A stretch of 64,000 nt of DNA from Octopus bimaculoides (Eukaryota), in assembly GCF_001194135.2 (NCBI RefSeq), contig NC_068988.1, positions 35,912,002-35,976,001 of the forward strand. The letters are read 5' to 3'. The notes under the pieces were generated by a model that saw only the letters and a program-made list of their open reading frames with translations, ran no database searches and was not told where the DNA came from. Shown piece after piece: positions 13,501 to 25,162 of this stretch (its first letter is position 1; every line of letters starts with the position of its first letter). A program made the position numbers and the translations under genes.

Positions 13501-13520
13501 AATGATAATGATAATAATCC
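10512..13520 (+). mobile_element. Near full-length, degenerate R4/Dong-like non-LTR retrotransposon, subfamily A (about 3 kb)
   Basis: N-terminal domain RWNKQVNAVVMEYYY..YRQRV..ETRLCDQARVLKKNRW; RT motifs GCRHKCRATKEQLLVDK, GGIFQGDYLSPLVF and SHFLVMNDVKIY; thumb HPKSDTERLYVPRK; CRIC zinc knuckle; RKPDIVLIEK REL motif. AAT-rich tracts on both sides; many stops and frameshifts. Confidence 0.93.
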
Positions 13521-13534
13521 TTTGTGTTATGTGC

Positions 13535-13717
13535 ACAAAGTCTGAAATTTTGATGGAAATGCCTGACTACATGGATCCCAGTGCTCAACTGGTATTATTT
13601 TATCGACCTGAAAGTATAAATGATGAAGTCCACGTTAACAAAATTTGGACGCAGCAAGTGAAGACGGCTGGAAATGCTGCTTATCAGGTTGTCTGATGCA
13701 GTTACGGCTCTGGCAGC

Positions 13718-13718
<1 letters not shown>
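13535..13718 (-). mobile_element. Degenerate tRNA-derived SINE (family 3)
   Basis: Reverse complement resembles the core CATCCTTTCGGGGTCGATAAATTAAGTACCAG seen at 37330-37543 and 54443-54790. Adjoins (TAG)n at 13717-13769. Confidence 0.65.
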
Positions 13719-13770
<52 letters not shown>

Positions 13771-13774
13771 AGAA

Positions 13775-15050
13775 TGATATGAAAGGTGATACACTAATGT
13801 AGTCAGTAAATAGATTTGCCAGAGAAAGCGATATTAGATTCGGCTTAGAAAAATGCGCCAAGTCATCTCTTAGTAGAATGAAATTAATTAAGAAGAATAA
13901 TATAATTCTAGATAAAGAGACTGAAATTAGAGAATTACAACAATATGAGACATAGTAATTCAAAGAGTCAATGAACTAGACAATACATGATAAAGTAAAG
14001 AAAACAGATTAATAAAGAATATTGTTGACGCATTAGATGAATACTTAAAACAGAATGATAAATCAAAATACGATAATAAGCAGCAAATCTATAATGGTCC
14101 CAGTGATAAATCATATTTATAACATTCTCAATTGGACGCAAAACCATCTCGTAACACTTGGAAAATATTTATTGAGTTTTGAATACAGCATATAAAATCA
14201 AACATGGAAAGTTTACTAAGAAGGTGGTTGATCGTTATGCAACTCATAAAAACTATTTTAAAATGTCCACAGGAGGACCAAGGAAGCAATAAAACATCGT
14301 TGAAATGTAATACATAATGTTATGTAACATGAACAACAGGAAATAATTGATGTTTTATATCTTCAAGGAAGCCTAACAAATACTTGAAATAAATTACATG
14401 TAATCCGAGAAAAACTGAAAAAATAACAAAAGTTGTTTCAAGACTGAAATGTAGGGTAAGATAAGATCTACAAAATACTATATAATAAAGTGAATGGAAG
14501 AAATGCTTCTGTAAGTCTGAAAATGAAAAACAATCAACGACACAGAAAATAAAACTGAGACTAGATAATTAGTGTTTGCGCTAGTGAACTCAGATTCTAC
14601 TAAATTTATATGATCAAGAGAAATGTGTGACAGTAGAATGTGTAAAGTTGGGAAACAAACAGTTTCAAAGAAAACATTGTAGTAACAAATATGATGGCGT
14701 TGTGACTTACATGCACTGGAAGTTGTCCGAGCGTTATGACAAACCTAGAGATAAGTTGTATAAGCATACACTAGAAATGTTCTCCGACGATAAAAGTCAT
14801 ATATCATTACACACAAAAACGGTACGGTAATATATATTCCATCAGATATTGTTGTCAATGTTTACAACGAAAAGTATGTCTCTTGCGCAAAATAGAAACC
14901 ATAACAGATGCTGATGTAATCAGTGAATTAGAGAAGTACCTGGATTAAAATATGGAAATAGCGATAACTAGAATATGCCGAACATAATAATAGGGAGATA
15001 AACAAGAAAACCCAAAAAAGAAGGTATGCAGATAACCAGTCTCTGCGAGA
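13775..15050 (+). mobile_element. Highly degenerate R4/Dong-like RT-to-REL fragment, subfamily B
   Basis: IRFGLEKCAK..IILDKETEIRELQQYET and YMHWKLSERYDKPRDKLYKHT correspond to the RT C-terminus and the post-CCHC region. Confidence 0.75.
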
Positions 15051-15891
15051 GAGCACTTATTTCATAATGAAATCCACAAATAAGAAGCAAACACCGACGT
15101 TAACGCAAATGAGATTTTAATCAAAGGTTTCCCTGATCAAGGCTAGTCTGGGACAGGCTTGACAACAACAAATTGTCATATATATATATACATGAACAAA
15201 TATATCTTTATGTCATCACAGATCCACATATGCACACGGATCTATATGTTCGCTCTATGAATATATTTACAAAACATCGAAATCAATATTGCGATGGTCA
15301 TTTAAGATATCTTGTATGAATCATGGGAACTTTATGTGCATAAGCATCTGTGAATATACATTTATGCACATCCATATATATTCGTATATATATATTCGTA
15401 TATATAACTAACAAGACATAAAAATATGCATCTAAANNNNNNNNNNNNNNNNNNNNNNNNNNNNNNNNNNNNNNNNNNNNNNNNNNNNNNNNNNNNNNNN
15501 NNNNNNNNNNNNNNNNNNNNNNNNNNNNNNNNNNNNNNNNNNNNNNNNNNNNNNNNNNNNNNNNNNNNNNNNNNNNNNNNNNNNNNNNNNNNNNNNNNNN
15601 NNNNNNNNNNNNNNNNNNNNNNNNNNNNNNNNNNNNNNNNNNNNNNNNNNNNNNNNNNNNNNNNNNNNNNNNNNNNNNNNNNNNNNNNNNNNNNNNNNNN
15701 NNNNNNNNNNNNNNNNNNNNNNNNNNNNNNNNNNNNNNNNNNNNNNNNNNNNNNNNNNNNNNNNNNNNNNNNNNNNNNNNNNNNNNNNNNNNNNNNNNNN
15801 NNNNNNNNNNNNNNNNNNNNNNNNNNNNNNNNNNNNNNNNNNNNNNNNNNNNNNNNNNNNTATATATATATATGCATATATATATATATGC

Positions 15892-15941
<50 letters not shown>

Positions 15942-16588
15942 ATATATACATATACAAGCACACGCGTGTACGAATGCATACAGACACGCATATGTGCATA
16001 TATATGTCTACGTACATACAAATACAAACACATGCGCAAAAACGCATACATTATTATGTTCGTATACACATCTCTAGACGCACAGACACTTACATTCGCG
16101 GATATACAAAACGTAGTCTATACGCTCATGCACATACATACGCGGACGTATATACACATACATATAGACGTATATACAATTAAAAACACATACGCAAAAA
16201 ATATAAACCGTAAAACATTTTCATTCGCCGCAAAATTTGAATATACAAATGAGTTATATATGTAAAGACACAAATACACCCACCTGTCTGTCAAACACGT
16301 CTACACCTGCAGATACATAAACTATATACATATATATATGAATGACAGAAGGTGACAAGTACAACAAGTAGAGTCTTGCGATCGTATATATACAATCATT
16401 CATATACATGTATATATCCACGCACATATACATTAGGCATATTCTACACGCGTATAAGTTACACAATTATAAAGGGTGAAAAATAATGTGCAGATAAAAT
16501 ATATAACGTAATAAAATATATATAAATATGAAAGAGATGTTAAGACATATGAAAGGCTTGTACGTGGATATAATATAAAAATCAGGTT

Positions 16589-17670
16589 CTATCTCTCATC
16601 TTGCGGGGAGGGGTCCAAAAACGTAGCAAATGTTTTGCCATATATGGACATGACAAGTTCAGTTCTTGAATTTAGATATGTAGCGGGGTCTAAAGGACTT
16701 TTCCAGATAAGCCATTTTTTCCATATTGCAAAGAGACTGCACTTTCCACTGCCGTTTGTGTAAGCCTTACACTTGGACAAGATCTTCCAGTCAATCTTAT
16801 AGTTGACACCTTTATCTTTTAAGGACCATATATAACTGGATAATTTGGTTGTTTTCCCTTATCCCAGTGTCTGAAGCTTAAGGTGTGGTTGCTGAACCTG
16901 GCTTTAAAATTTCCCTCTGTGAGACCCACATATTTCTTTGACGAAACTATGTCCTTCGTGGTTTTAGAGCCTACAGTGGCTTCATAAATGATGTGTGCAA
17001 TTATATTTTTAAAGTTAGGAGTAAAACTAAAACTAATTTTTAATTTATGCCTTTTAAAGAGCATTATATGATTATGATTGATTGGAAAATTCCTATCTAT
17101 AAGGGATAAGAAATATCTACATTAAAGGTCACTTCGGGGAGTAAGGTAATTGAACCAGATAATTTTCCTATTCCTATTTTTCCTTTTCTTTGTTACTGGA
17201 CTAATGACATGTGTAAAGGTTATTTCCTCGCTAAAACCACTATCTTTTAAAACTTTATTATCTACTGGGGTAACACTATTAAAAATGATTATACTGGAGG
17301 AGAGGCTAGAAATTTCTTGCTAATATTTTTAACGAAATTCTTAAATGCTATGGGGGGATGGCAGGAACCTACATTAATATAGCTAAGTTTATAAATATTC
17401 TTATTTAAATCTAAAGATACATCTAGGAAATTTACAACTGTCAGATTGGCATCTTTTTTATGCTAAGATCAAATGTTTTCATCATTTGGATAATGTCCTT
17501 CCTAAACTGATCTTGCGCCGGTCCATTGGTGTTTGTGATTAAAGCCAGCGCATCATCTTTGTAAATGGCGAAATATATACCAGGAAAAGTTTTACCCAAC
17601 GTATTGAATAGGAATAGTCCTGAAGGCGCTCTCTTTATCGGTTGTCTTAACCCACTCTGCTCTCTCACTG
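16589..17670 (-). mobile_element. Penelope-like element remnant (RT C-terminus + GIY-YIG endonuclease)
   Basis: RT: GIYFAIYKDDALAL..FRKDIIQ, VVNFLDVSLDL, YINVGSCHPP. GIY-YIG: KKYVGLTEGNFKARFSNHTLSFRH, KCKAY..GSGKCSL, YLNSRTELV. Frameshifted. Confidence 0.9.
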
Positions 17671-18345
17671 TATAAAGTTAAAATTTTGTGTTATCAAGTA
17701 TTTTAAGAATATTATAACCGAAATGATAAAATGTTTGAATACATTTGAGTATATATAAAACTTTACCACAATAGAGAGAGGAAAGAAATTACATAGAAAT
17801 AGTTTAATATTTATTCCTATTATATACTAAAATATTAACTCATTTGATGGTATCTATGAAGATTAATCATTGGCATTTACTGGTATTTAATAAAGGAGTA
17901 CTGAGGCGAAAGAGCATGCTAACTATATATTAATTGATATATACGCATTACCTCTGGATATCCTGTTGCTTATTTTGATTTTAATCACCTTACCTTGAAA
18001 CTGTATGGATAATACCGTACTGTTGTGCTTCGGAGCACACACGAAGACGGAGAGTGACGCTCAGAAGGTCACAGATGTTTGACGACAGATATCCGGCCAA
18101 TGGACATAAGTGAAGAACGAATATATAGTGCATGTGTTTATTTGGTAAAAAAAATAATGACCATCCCGAAATACAACGACGTCTGTTTCAACACACGACT
18201 TCACATCGTAGCCTTCTTTCATCAGTCAAGTTCACCAGAAGTCCTTAATATTTCGGGCAGTTACACTTGAGACAATTCGAACTGGTTGCCCCCAAAATGT
18301 CTAAGCTAAGAGCATTAGGTATTTTTGTAAGAAAGCTATCGAATG

Positions 18346-18402
<57 letters not shown>

Positions 18403-21139
18403 TGTGTGTCTGTGTGTCTGTGTGTGTATCAATACTTTTGGTCCATATAAATGTATATGTATCAGGTGTATCTCTAGTTATCTATCTTACTAACACCTCT
18501 GTCTGTCTGTCTGTCTGTCTGTTTCTCTCTGTCTTTCTGTCTGTCTGTCTGTCTCTCTCTATTTCTATATCTCTCTCTTTTTCTCTCTCTCTCTCTCTCT
18601 GTATATAGTTAGTGAGTTACAGTTTTAGAGAGAGTACCTTTAGTTATACATATACCTAAACATGCAGAAACAACTCTGTTGATACACACGTATAAGCTCT
18701 GATACAGTGGGAAGGCATATATTGATTGATTTCAATGGACATCAGTGAAGGCACTTAACAAATTAAGGACATGCTCCTTCATCAAAGAGCTTCTAGAGAT
18801 ATTTATCTGTAATCTATAATAAACAACCAAATTAAGCGCCCTCCAACCTGTCCGACTGGTCTGTGTAAATTATTTGTAAATCCCCATAAACTTGATTAAA
18901 GTTCTACCTATAACAACGCAGCTGCATAAAAGAAAATTACGCTGTCTGTATGGCAGTTGGCTATTTGGTCTTGTTGTTGTTGTTACAGTGTTATAAATAA
19001 TGTTAGAACGACGCAGCTGAGTCAATATCGTGCTACTTACAATGTCTTTCTGCGATGAACTGGATTCGTTATAGGCTAGATAGGTTATAGAAAATTACAT
19101 ACATACACGCGCACACATATATGTGTTTGTGCATATATTTATATATATGTATCTATGCATATATATATATATATGCCCTAGGGTTAAACAACATGGCAGA
19201 CCCTCTTATGCTCAAGGTCACAGTCAACACACAAAAACAAAGAACTACATTCACACAACGTTGCAGGCCCCTCCCTGGATTGGCTGTATCTCTACTACGT
19301 AATCCCTTAAGTATTCAGGGACAGTTCTGCAGCCCTTGCGTCCAATAATACTATCCATATCACGTCCTCACTTTGTTGTTTTTTTATTTTTTTGTTATTG
19401 TGTTTTTGAACTATATATATATATATATATATNNNNNNNNNNNNNNNNNNNNNNNNNNNNNNNNNNNNNNNNNNNNNNNNNNNNNNNNNNNNNNNNNNNN
19501 NNNNNNNNNNNNNNNNNNNNNNNNNNNNNNNNNNNNNNNNNNNNNNNNNNNNNNNNNNNNNNNNNNNNNNNNNNNNNNNNNNNNNNNNNNNNNNNNNNNN
19601 NNNNNNNNNNNNNNNNNNNNNNNNNNNNNNNNNNNNNNNNNNNNNNNNNNNNNNNNNNNNNNNATATATATATGGAAATATGGAATGAAAAGTATATGTA
19701 TATATATATATATGTATGTATGTATGTTTGCATGAATACATATACACGCACATAGTACATATGCTAAACGTTCGTGTCGAGGGCCATTCATCGTAACACA
19801 TAAACCACTTAAATAAATGACACTTCTTATTTATGCATTTTTTATAGTAGTTCTGGAAATCTCATTATATTGTGAAAGGTAAATAAACGCTTACTTCTAT
19901 CATATAATCTTTTTCAGCCTAACGAAAACGGAAATGGAATACTTTACCTAAATATCACTCTGTAAATAGGTGTGATAAATAAAGAATATGCTTTCATGAG
20001 TCCCTTCACAAGTAATCATCATGGATTCTTTTTAATTTCTAGATATATTTTTTTTAATTTGTGACTCTTGTAACTCTATCACATATTTATCTTATATTCA
20101 CATGCAGCAGCTCTGTATATTGTGAATGATTGAGTACTTTCTGGAAGCAGGCAGAATCATTAACACGCCGAACAAAATGCTTATTCGTATTTCGCACGTC
20201 TTTACGCCCTTAGTCTAAATTTCATCAAGGTGGTCGATTTGCTTTACATCCTCTCACAAAAGAGAACACACACATATATATGTTTGTGTACATATATATA
20301 AATATATATATATGTTGTATATATATATATATATATATATNNNNNNNNNNNNNNNNNNNNNNNNNNNNNNNNNNNNNNNNNNNNNNNNNNNNNNNNNNNN
20401 NNNNNNNNNNNNNNNNNNNNNNNNNNNNNNNNNNNNNNNNNNNNNNNNNNNNNNNNNNNNNNNNNNNNNNNNNNNNNNNNNNNNNNNNNNNNNNNNNNNN
20501 NNNNNNNNNNNNNNNNNNNNNNNNNNNNNNNNNNNNNNNNNNNNNNNNNNNNNNNNNNNNNNNNNNNNNNNNNNNNNNNNNNNNNNNNNNNNNNNNNNNN
20601 NNNNNNNNNNNNNNNNNNNNNNNNNNNNNNNNNNNNNNNNNNNNNNNNNNNNNNNNNNNNNNNNNNNNNNNNNNNNNNNNNNNNNNNNNNNNNNNNNNNN
20701 NNNNNNNNNNNNNNNNNNNNNNNNNNNNNNNNNNNNNNNNNNNNNNNNNNNNNNNNNNNNNNNNNNNNNNNNNNNNNNNNNNNNNNNNNNNNNNNNNNNN
20801 NNNNNNNNNNNNNNNNNNNNNNNNNNNNNNNNNNNNNNNNNNNNNNNNNNNNNNNNNNNNNNNNNNNNNNNNNNNNNNNNNNNNNNNNNNNNNNNNNNNN
20901 NNNNNNNNNNNNNNNNNNNNNNNNNNNNNNNNNNNNNNNNNNNNNNNNNNNNNNNNNNNNNNNNNNNNNNNNNNNNNNNNNNNNNNNNNNNNNNNNNNNN
21001 NNNNNNNNNNNNNNNNNNNNNNNNNNNNNNNNNNNNNNNNNNNNNNNNNNNNNNNNNNNNNNNNNNNNNNNNNNNNNNNNNNNNNNNNNNNNNNNNNNNN
21101 NNNNNNNNNNNNNNNNNNNNNNNNNNNNNNNNNNNNNNN

Positions 21140-21183
<44 letters not shown>

Positions 21184-21994
21184 TGAGTGTATGTATGTAT
21201 GTATGTATGCATGTATGTATGTATGTCAGTATGTAATTATTTATTCTTAATAGAATTTAGGATAAAATTACGTTAATGATTATATCGAGTGGCCAGCACG
21301 AAATAAAAGCTTGTAGGTAATTTATATACTAAATAAATAATTATATATATAATTATATAATTATATTAAAGAGATCAGGAAAGAACTAACTCTAGCATGC
21401 TAAAATTGGACGCTAAAGGCACTAAAAAATCACTGTATAGCCACTACAAAGCAACAATAAATAATAAAATATTTTTGCACCTGATCGAAAACGCATTTCC
21501 TGCGAGGCTATTCCTATAAGAAACCCGTAGTTGAAGAAAAATTTGACTTGATCTGGTGCATAAACACAAATATTTGTATATGGGCGTGTACCTTTGATCT
21601 GTTTGAGTATGTATAAGTATCTGTGATTATGTTCTTTGAATTGTGCTGATGGTAGGAAATAGTCTTGTTTATTGCTTTAATCTCCAAATTGGTCTCAATA
21701 TACAATTTACTTTGAAGTTTTATTTAGTATTTTTCATTTGCCCGCATACATCCTGTGTTTTGTAGGAGTTATGCAGTGGTCTTTATAGAGCGTTTGGCGT
21801 CTACTTTCACCATGCTGGAGAAGGTTCTTTCCTGACCCCTTTAATATAATCATACAATTATATGTATAATTATTAATTTAGTATGTGCGTATATATATAT
21901 AGTAACAGTACTGCAAAATAAAAATCTATTTGTCAACGTAAAGTTTTCCAGCTTGCTATCGACGCACAACTGCATCCTTATACCCCGAACATAA

Positions 21995-22085
21995 TACATT
22001 ATGTACGTTATTTACATTTGGCTGATATTTGTCCTCATCTTCTTTGTTGTTAACACAACGTTTCGGTTCTAATTCCTAGGGTAAT
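21995..22085 (-). mobile_element. Internally deleted copy of the 3588-3738 pLTR-like repeat
   Basis: Reverse complement CCTAGGAATTAGAACC|GAAACGTTGTGTTAACAACAAAGAAGATGAGGACAAATATC lacks the CUGAUGA core. Confidence 0.75.
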
Positions 22086-22089
22086 TTTT

Positions 22090-22108
22090 GATGTTGTTGT
22101 TGTTGTTG

Positions 22109-22185
<77 letters not shown>

Positions 22186-22247
22186 GTTGTTGTTGTTGTT
22201 GTTGTTTTTGTTGTTGCTGTTGTTATTATTATTATTATTATTATTAA
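22090..22247 (+). repeat. Compound (TGT)n(TAT)n microsatellite
   Basis: Direct reading. Confidence 0.97.
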
Positions 22248-22412
22248 ATTCAAATTACGACAAACGTAAATAAACAAACGAAGTTTGCTTTTAGAAGCGT
22301 TGAGATGTCTTTTTAGAAAGGTAAAGAAGTGATTCTTAAATTCTCAATCGCAGAATAATGCTAATAATATAGCCTGAACAGGATAAACTATCCCTATTTT
22401 GCAGAGAAAAGT

Positions 22413-22513
22413 GTAGGTGACTAGCTGTGGACACGAACTCACATCCCCGTCATTACATGTGATGATGCTTTGACCGATTAAGCTAAACTACCCACTACAA
22501 ATTCAGTCACCTA

Positions 22514-22514
<1 letters not shown>
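22413..22514 (-). mobile_element. tRNA-like short element (SINE head) bounded by 10-bp inverted repeats
   Basis: Minus strand has A-box-like TAGCTTAATCGG and B-box-like GAGTTCGTGTCC; GTAGGTGACT at 22413-22422 and AGTCACCTAC at 22505-22514. Confidence 0.6.
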
Positions 22515-22598
<84 letters not shown>

Positions 22599-22708
22599 AT
22601 TATTATTATTATTATCATTATTATTATTATTCAGGTCACTGCTTGGAATCGGACTCGGAATATTGGGGTTAGTAGCCTGCACTCTTAACCACTACGCCAT
22701 ATATCCCC
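22515..22708 (-). mobile_element. SINE family 1 (head 22631-22708) with long (AAT)n tail
   Basis: Reverse complement GGATATATGGCGTAGTGGTTAAGAGTGCAGGCTACTAACCCCAATATTCCGAGTCCGATTCCAAGCAGTGACCTGA followed by (AAT)n; homologous to 1853-1959. Confidence 0.88.
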
Positions 22709-23109
22709 ACTCACCCTTAAACGGTACCTGCGGAACATTATTTCTGTTTTATTTCACTTCATCGGCACAAGTTAACCGTTAGCTAGAGATGGAAGCATTA
22801 AGCATTGTTGGTGGTATATACTTTTAAAGTGACATACAAACACTGATCTCGTAAAGAGGAAAACAATTTGTTTTAATTTTTTGAGCGAGACATAAGTAGT
22901 AACAGAAGAGAGATTAAATCTATTTGCCTAATGTGGTAGCCCTGATTAGAACGACCCAGACACCATGGTCCGCAAGTATCGTTTAAGGCTGAGTGGGGAC
23001 ACTAACTCTCTTGTTCGAGGCATAAGCATGCAGTTGAGTATCGGTAGCCAGCTGCAAAAGATGTTTTCCTGGGTCTAAGATCGTTCATTTCACATTGACA
23101 AATATATTT

Positions 23110-23170
<61 letters not shown>

Positions 23171-23378
23171 TACTATCAATGCATTCCCGCGTTTCCCGCG
23201 TGTTATGACCTAAAGCAACGTTGTATTACACTTGTTCCTTTCTTAAGGGCAGAATCTGCAGATCTGATATATAGGGAGCTGGATTACTGGCGTCATGAAA
23301 GTTTTTGTCTGTTCAAAAGTGAAGGGAGAAGGGTACATTTTTCATGGGTTTGCATGAAAGTGCTTTTTGTTCTTAAGA

Positions 23379-23403
23379 AGGGTTAGGGTTAGGGTTAGGG
23401 TTA
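23379..23403 (+). repeat. Interstitial (TTAGGG)3 telomere-type repeat
   Basis: AGGG TTAGGG TTAGGG TTAGGG TTA. Confidence 0.9.
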
Positions 23404-25162
23404 TAAAAAGGGGTTAATACGATTTTGCCCAGAAATCACATTTTGAAAATTTTTATTTCTCCCAGGAACCACTGCAATTTCTTAATTTGTAGTATTTTTC
23501 GATTTTTTTCATCCACGTAGGAAAATACATGGGAATTACAAATCAGCAACATATATACATTTTTTAAAGTTATTTTTTTTGAACATCACTCAATGTCTTT
23601 TCCTCCACCTTTTCCATCCATCACCTACCCAATTTCAAAAAGTTAGAACCTCCAAATATTTCATTTTCGTTTGATGTTTCACGCATGCGTATAATTGTAG
23701 TGAAATAGCACACGAAAAAATAATATCAGGGCACCACCAGAAAAACTGACATGCTAGCAACAATAAGTAAATGACATTAGTTTTGAAGAAACTTCTCATC
23801 TCTCCAAAATCCTAAAATTGAAACATTGGGAGTTTGTAGATTTTGAAAGTGGTAAGGTGATTGATGAATTTCTGGGACGGCGATTTTTTGTTTCTTTAAT
23901 AAAAGAGGAAGAAGAAAATACTTAAAGATTCCTACTCTCAGTTTTTTTTCTCCGTGCATTACCCAGAAAAAAAAAAATTCGAAAACATTATAATAACAAA
24001 GAAATTGGGGTAAGGAAGGAGAAAATTAAAACAATTGGGAACGTGTATTTTGAGCGAAATCCTAATCTCCTGTATCAAAAACATAGGAATGGGAAAAAAT
24101 GTAGGAAGAAATAAGGGAGGTGGGATGCAAATGTAACCTTGAACATGCTAGAAACAACTGGTAAAGGACAGCATTTCAGGGAAAGCTTTAAAGTTTATAT
24201 CGAAGATCAGCTTTTTAAATACGCTCATCACAAACACATATTACAAAATAGAAAAAGGGCATCCTAATTGGATTTGAGCTGTGATTTTGTGTGTGCACCC
24301 TCAAGAAATAACATAATTCGTACAGAAGTTTCACCTAGAGTGTGTATGTGCGTGTGCGTGTGCGTAAGTGTGCATGTGCATGTGTGTATGCTAAAGGAAG
24401 TTATTTTATGGAATTCTTTCGTTTGAAGCAGCAAAGTTGTCAGCTCGATCATATGGTCGATTATATGAGATCATATGATTGTTCGGTAATTACTGTAAAA
24501 AGTTTTTATCTCTTTATGCTTTGAAGAAAGAAACCGAAAGAGAGGAGAAAGTGAAGACATTTGCTTTGAAGTGAGAGCAGAAAGTGTAAGAGAAGCTAAA
24601 GGGAAAGATGTATGTACGTGTATATGAAATGGACGTGTGTGTCTGTGCACGCATGCATGTGTGCGTGAAAGAGAGTGTGAGTGAATGAGTGAAGGTGTGT
24701 GTTGTATTGTATATATATATTTTGTATGTATGTGTAAGTTGCACTCATTTGCTCTTTCTATCTCTCTCTTACAAAAAGACACATTATCTTTCATATTATC
24801 TTACAGGTACATAAATAAATGTGCATGTTTTCCGTAAGTCTGTGTGCGTGGGCATGAGAGAGAGAGCGAGAGGGGGTGATGCTGTATTCCCTCATAACAT
24901 ATAGAGAAATGGACGTCTTTTAATGAATTTTTTTCGGTTGTGGCGTATTTTAATATAATATTTATGTGTACATTTCCATAAATGTTTCCCTGAGTAGAAT
25001 TCTGCGCATGCATGAAACATCAAACGAAAGTGAAACATGAGAATCAAATCGAAATATTGCCGGGAATTACCTCAAAATTGTGAGACCCGCTATCTTTTCC
25101 GAGGTTATTTTGTAGTAAAAATGAGTTGTACCAAAAACATAGCTTATTTAGTAGCATTTATA

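Noticed and set aside
15130-15175. CTGATCAAGGCT..AGGCTTGACAAC resembling HHR-1
   Set aside because: Both core strands are altered and no helix I or helix III forms.
18170-18235. Minus-strand CTGATGA ... GAAACAGACGTC hammerhead-like spacing
   Set aside because: No helix I complementarity and no credible helix II base.
15298-21250. Long ORFs of 100-330 aa in the track here and at 39849, 48797, 50540 and 56722
   Set aside because: They consist of X runs from N-gaps plus dinucleotide-repeat translations.
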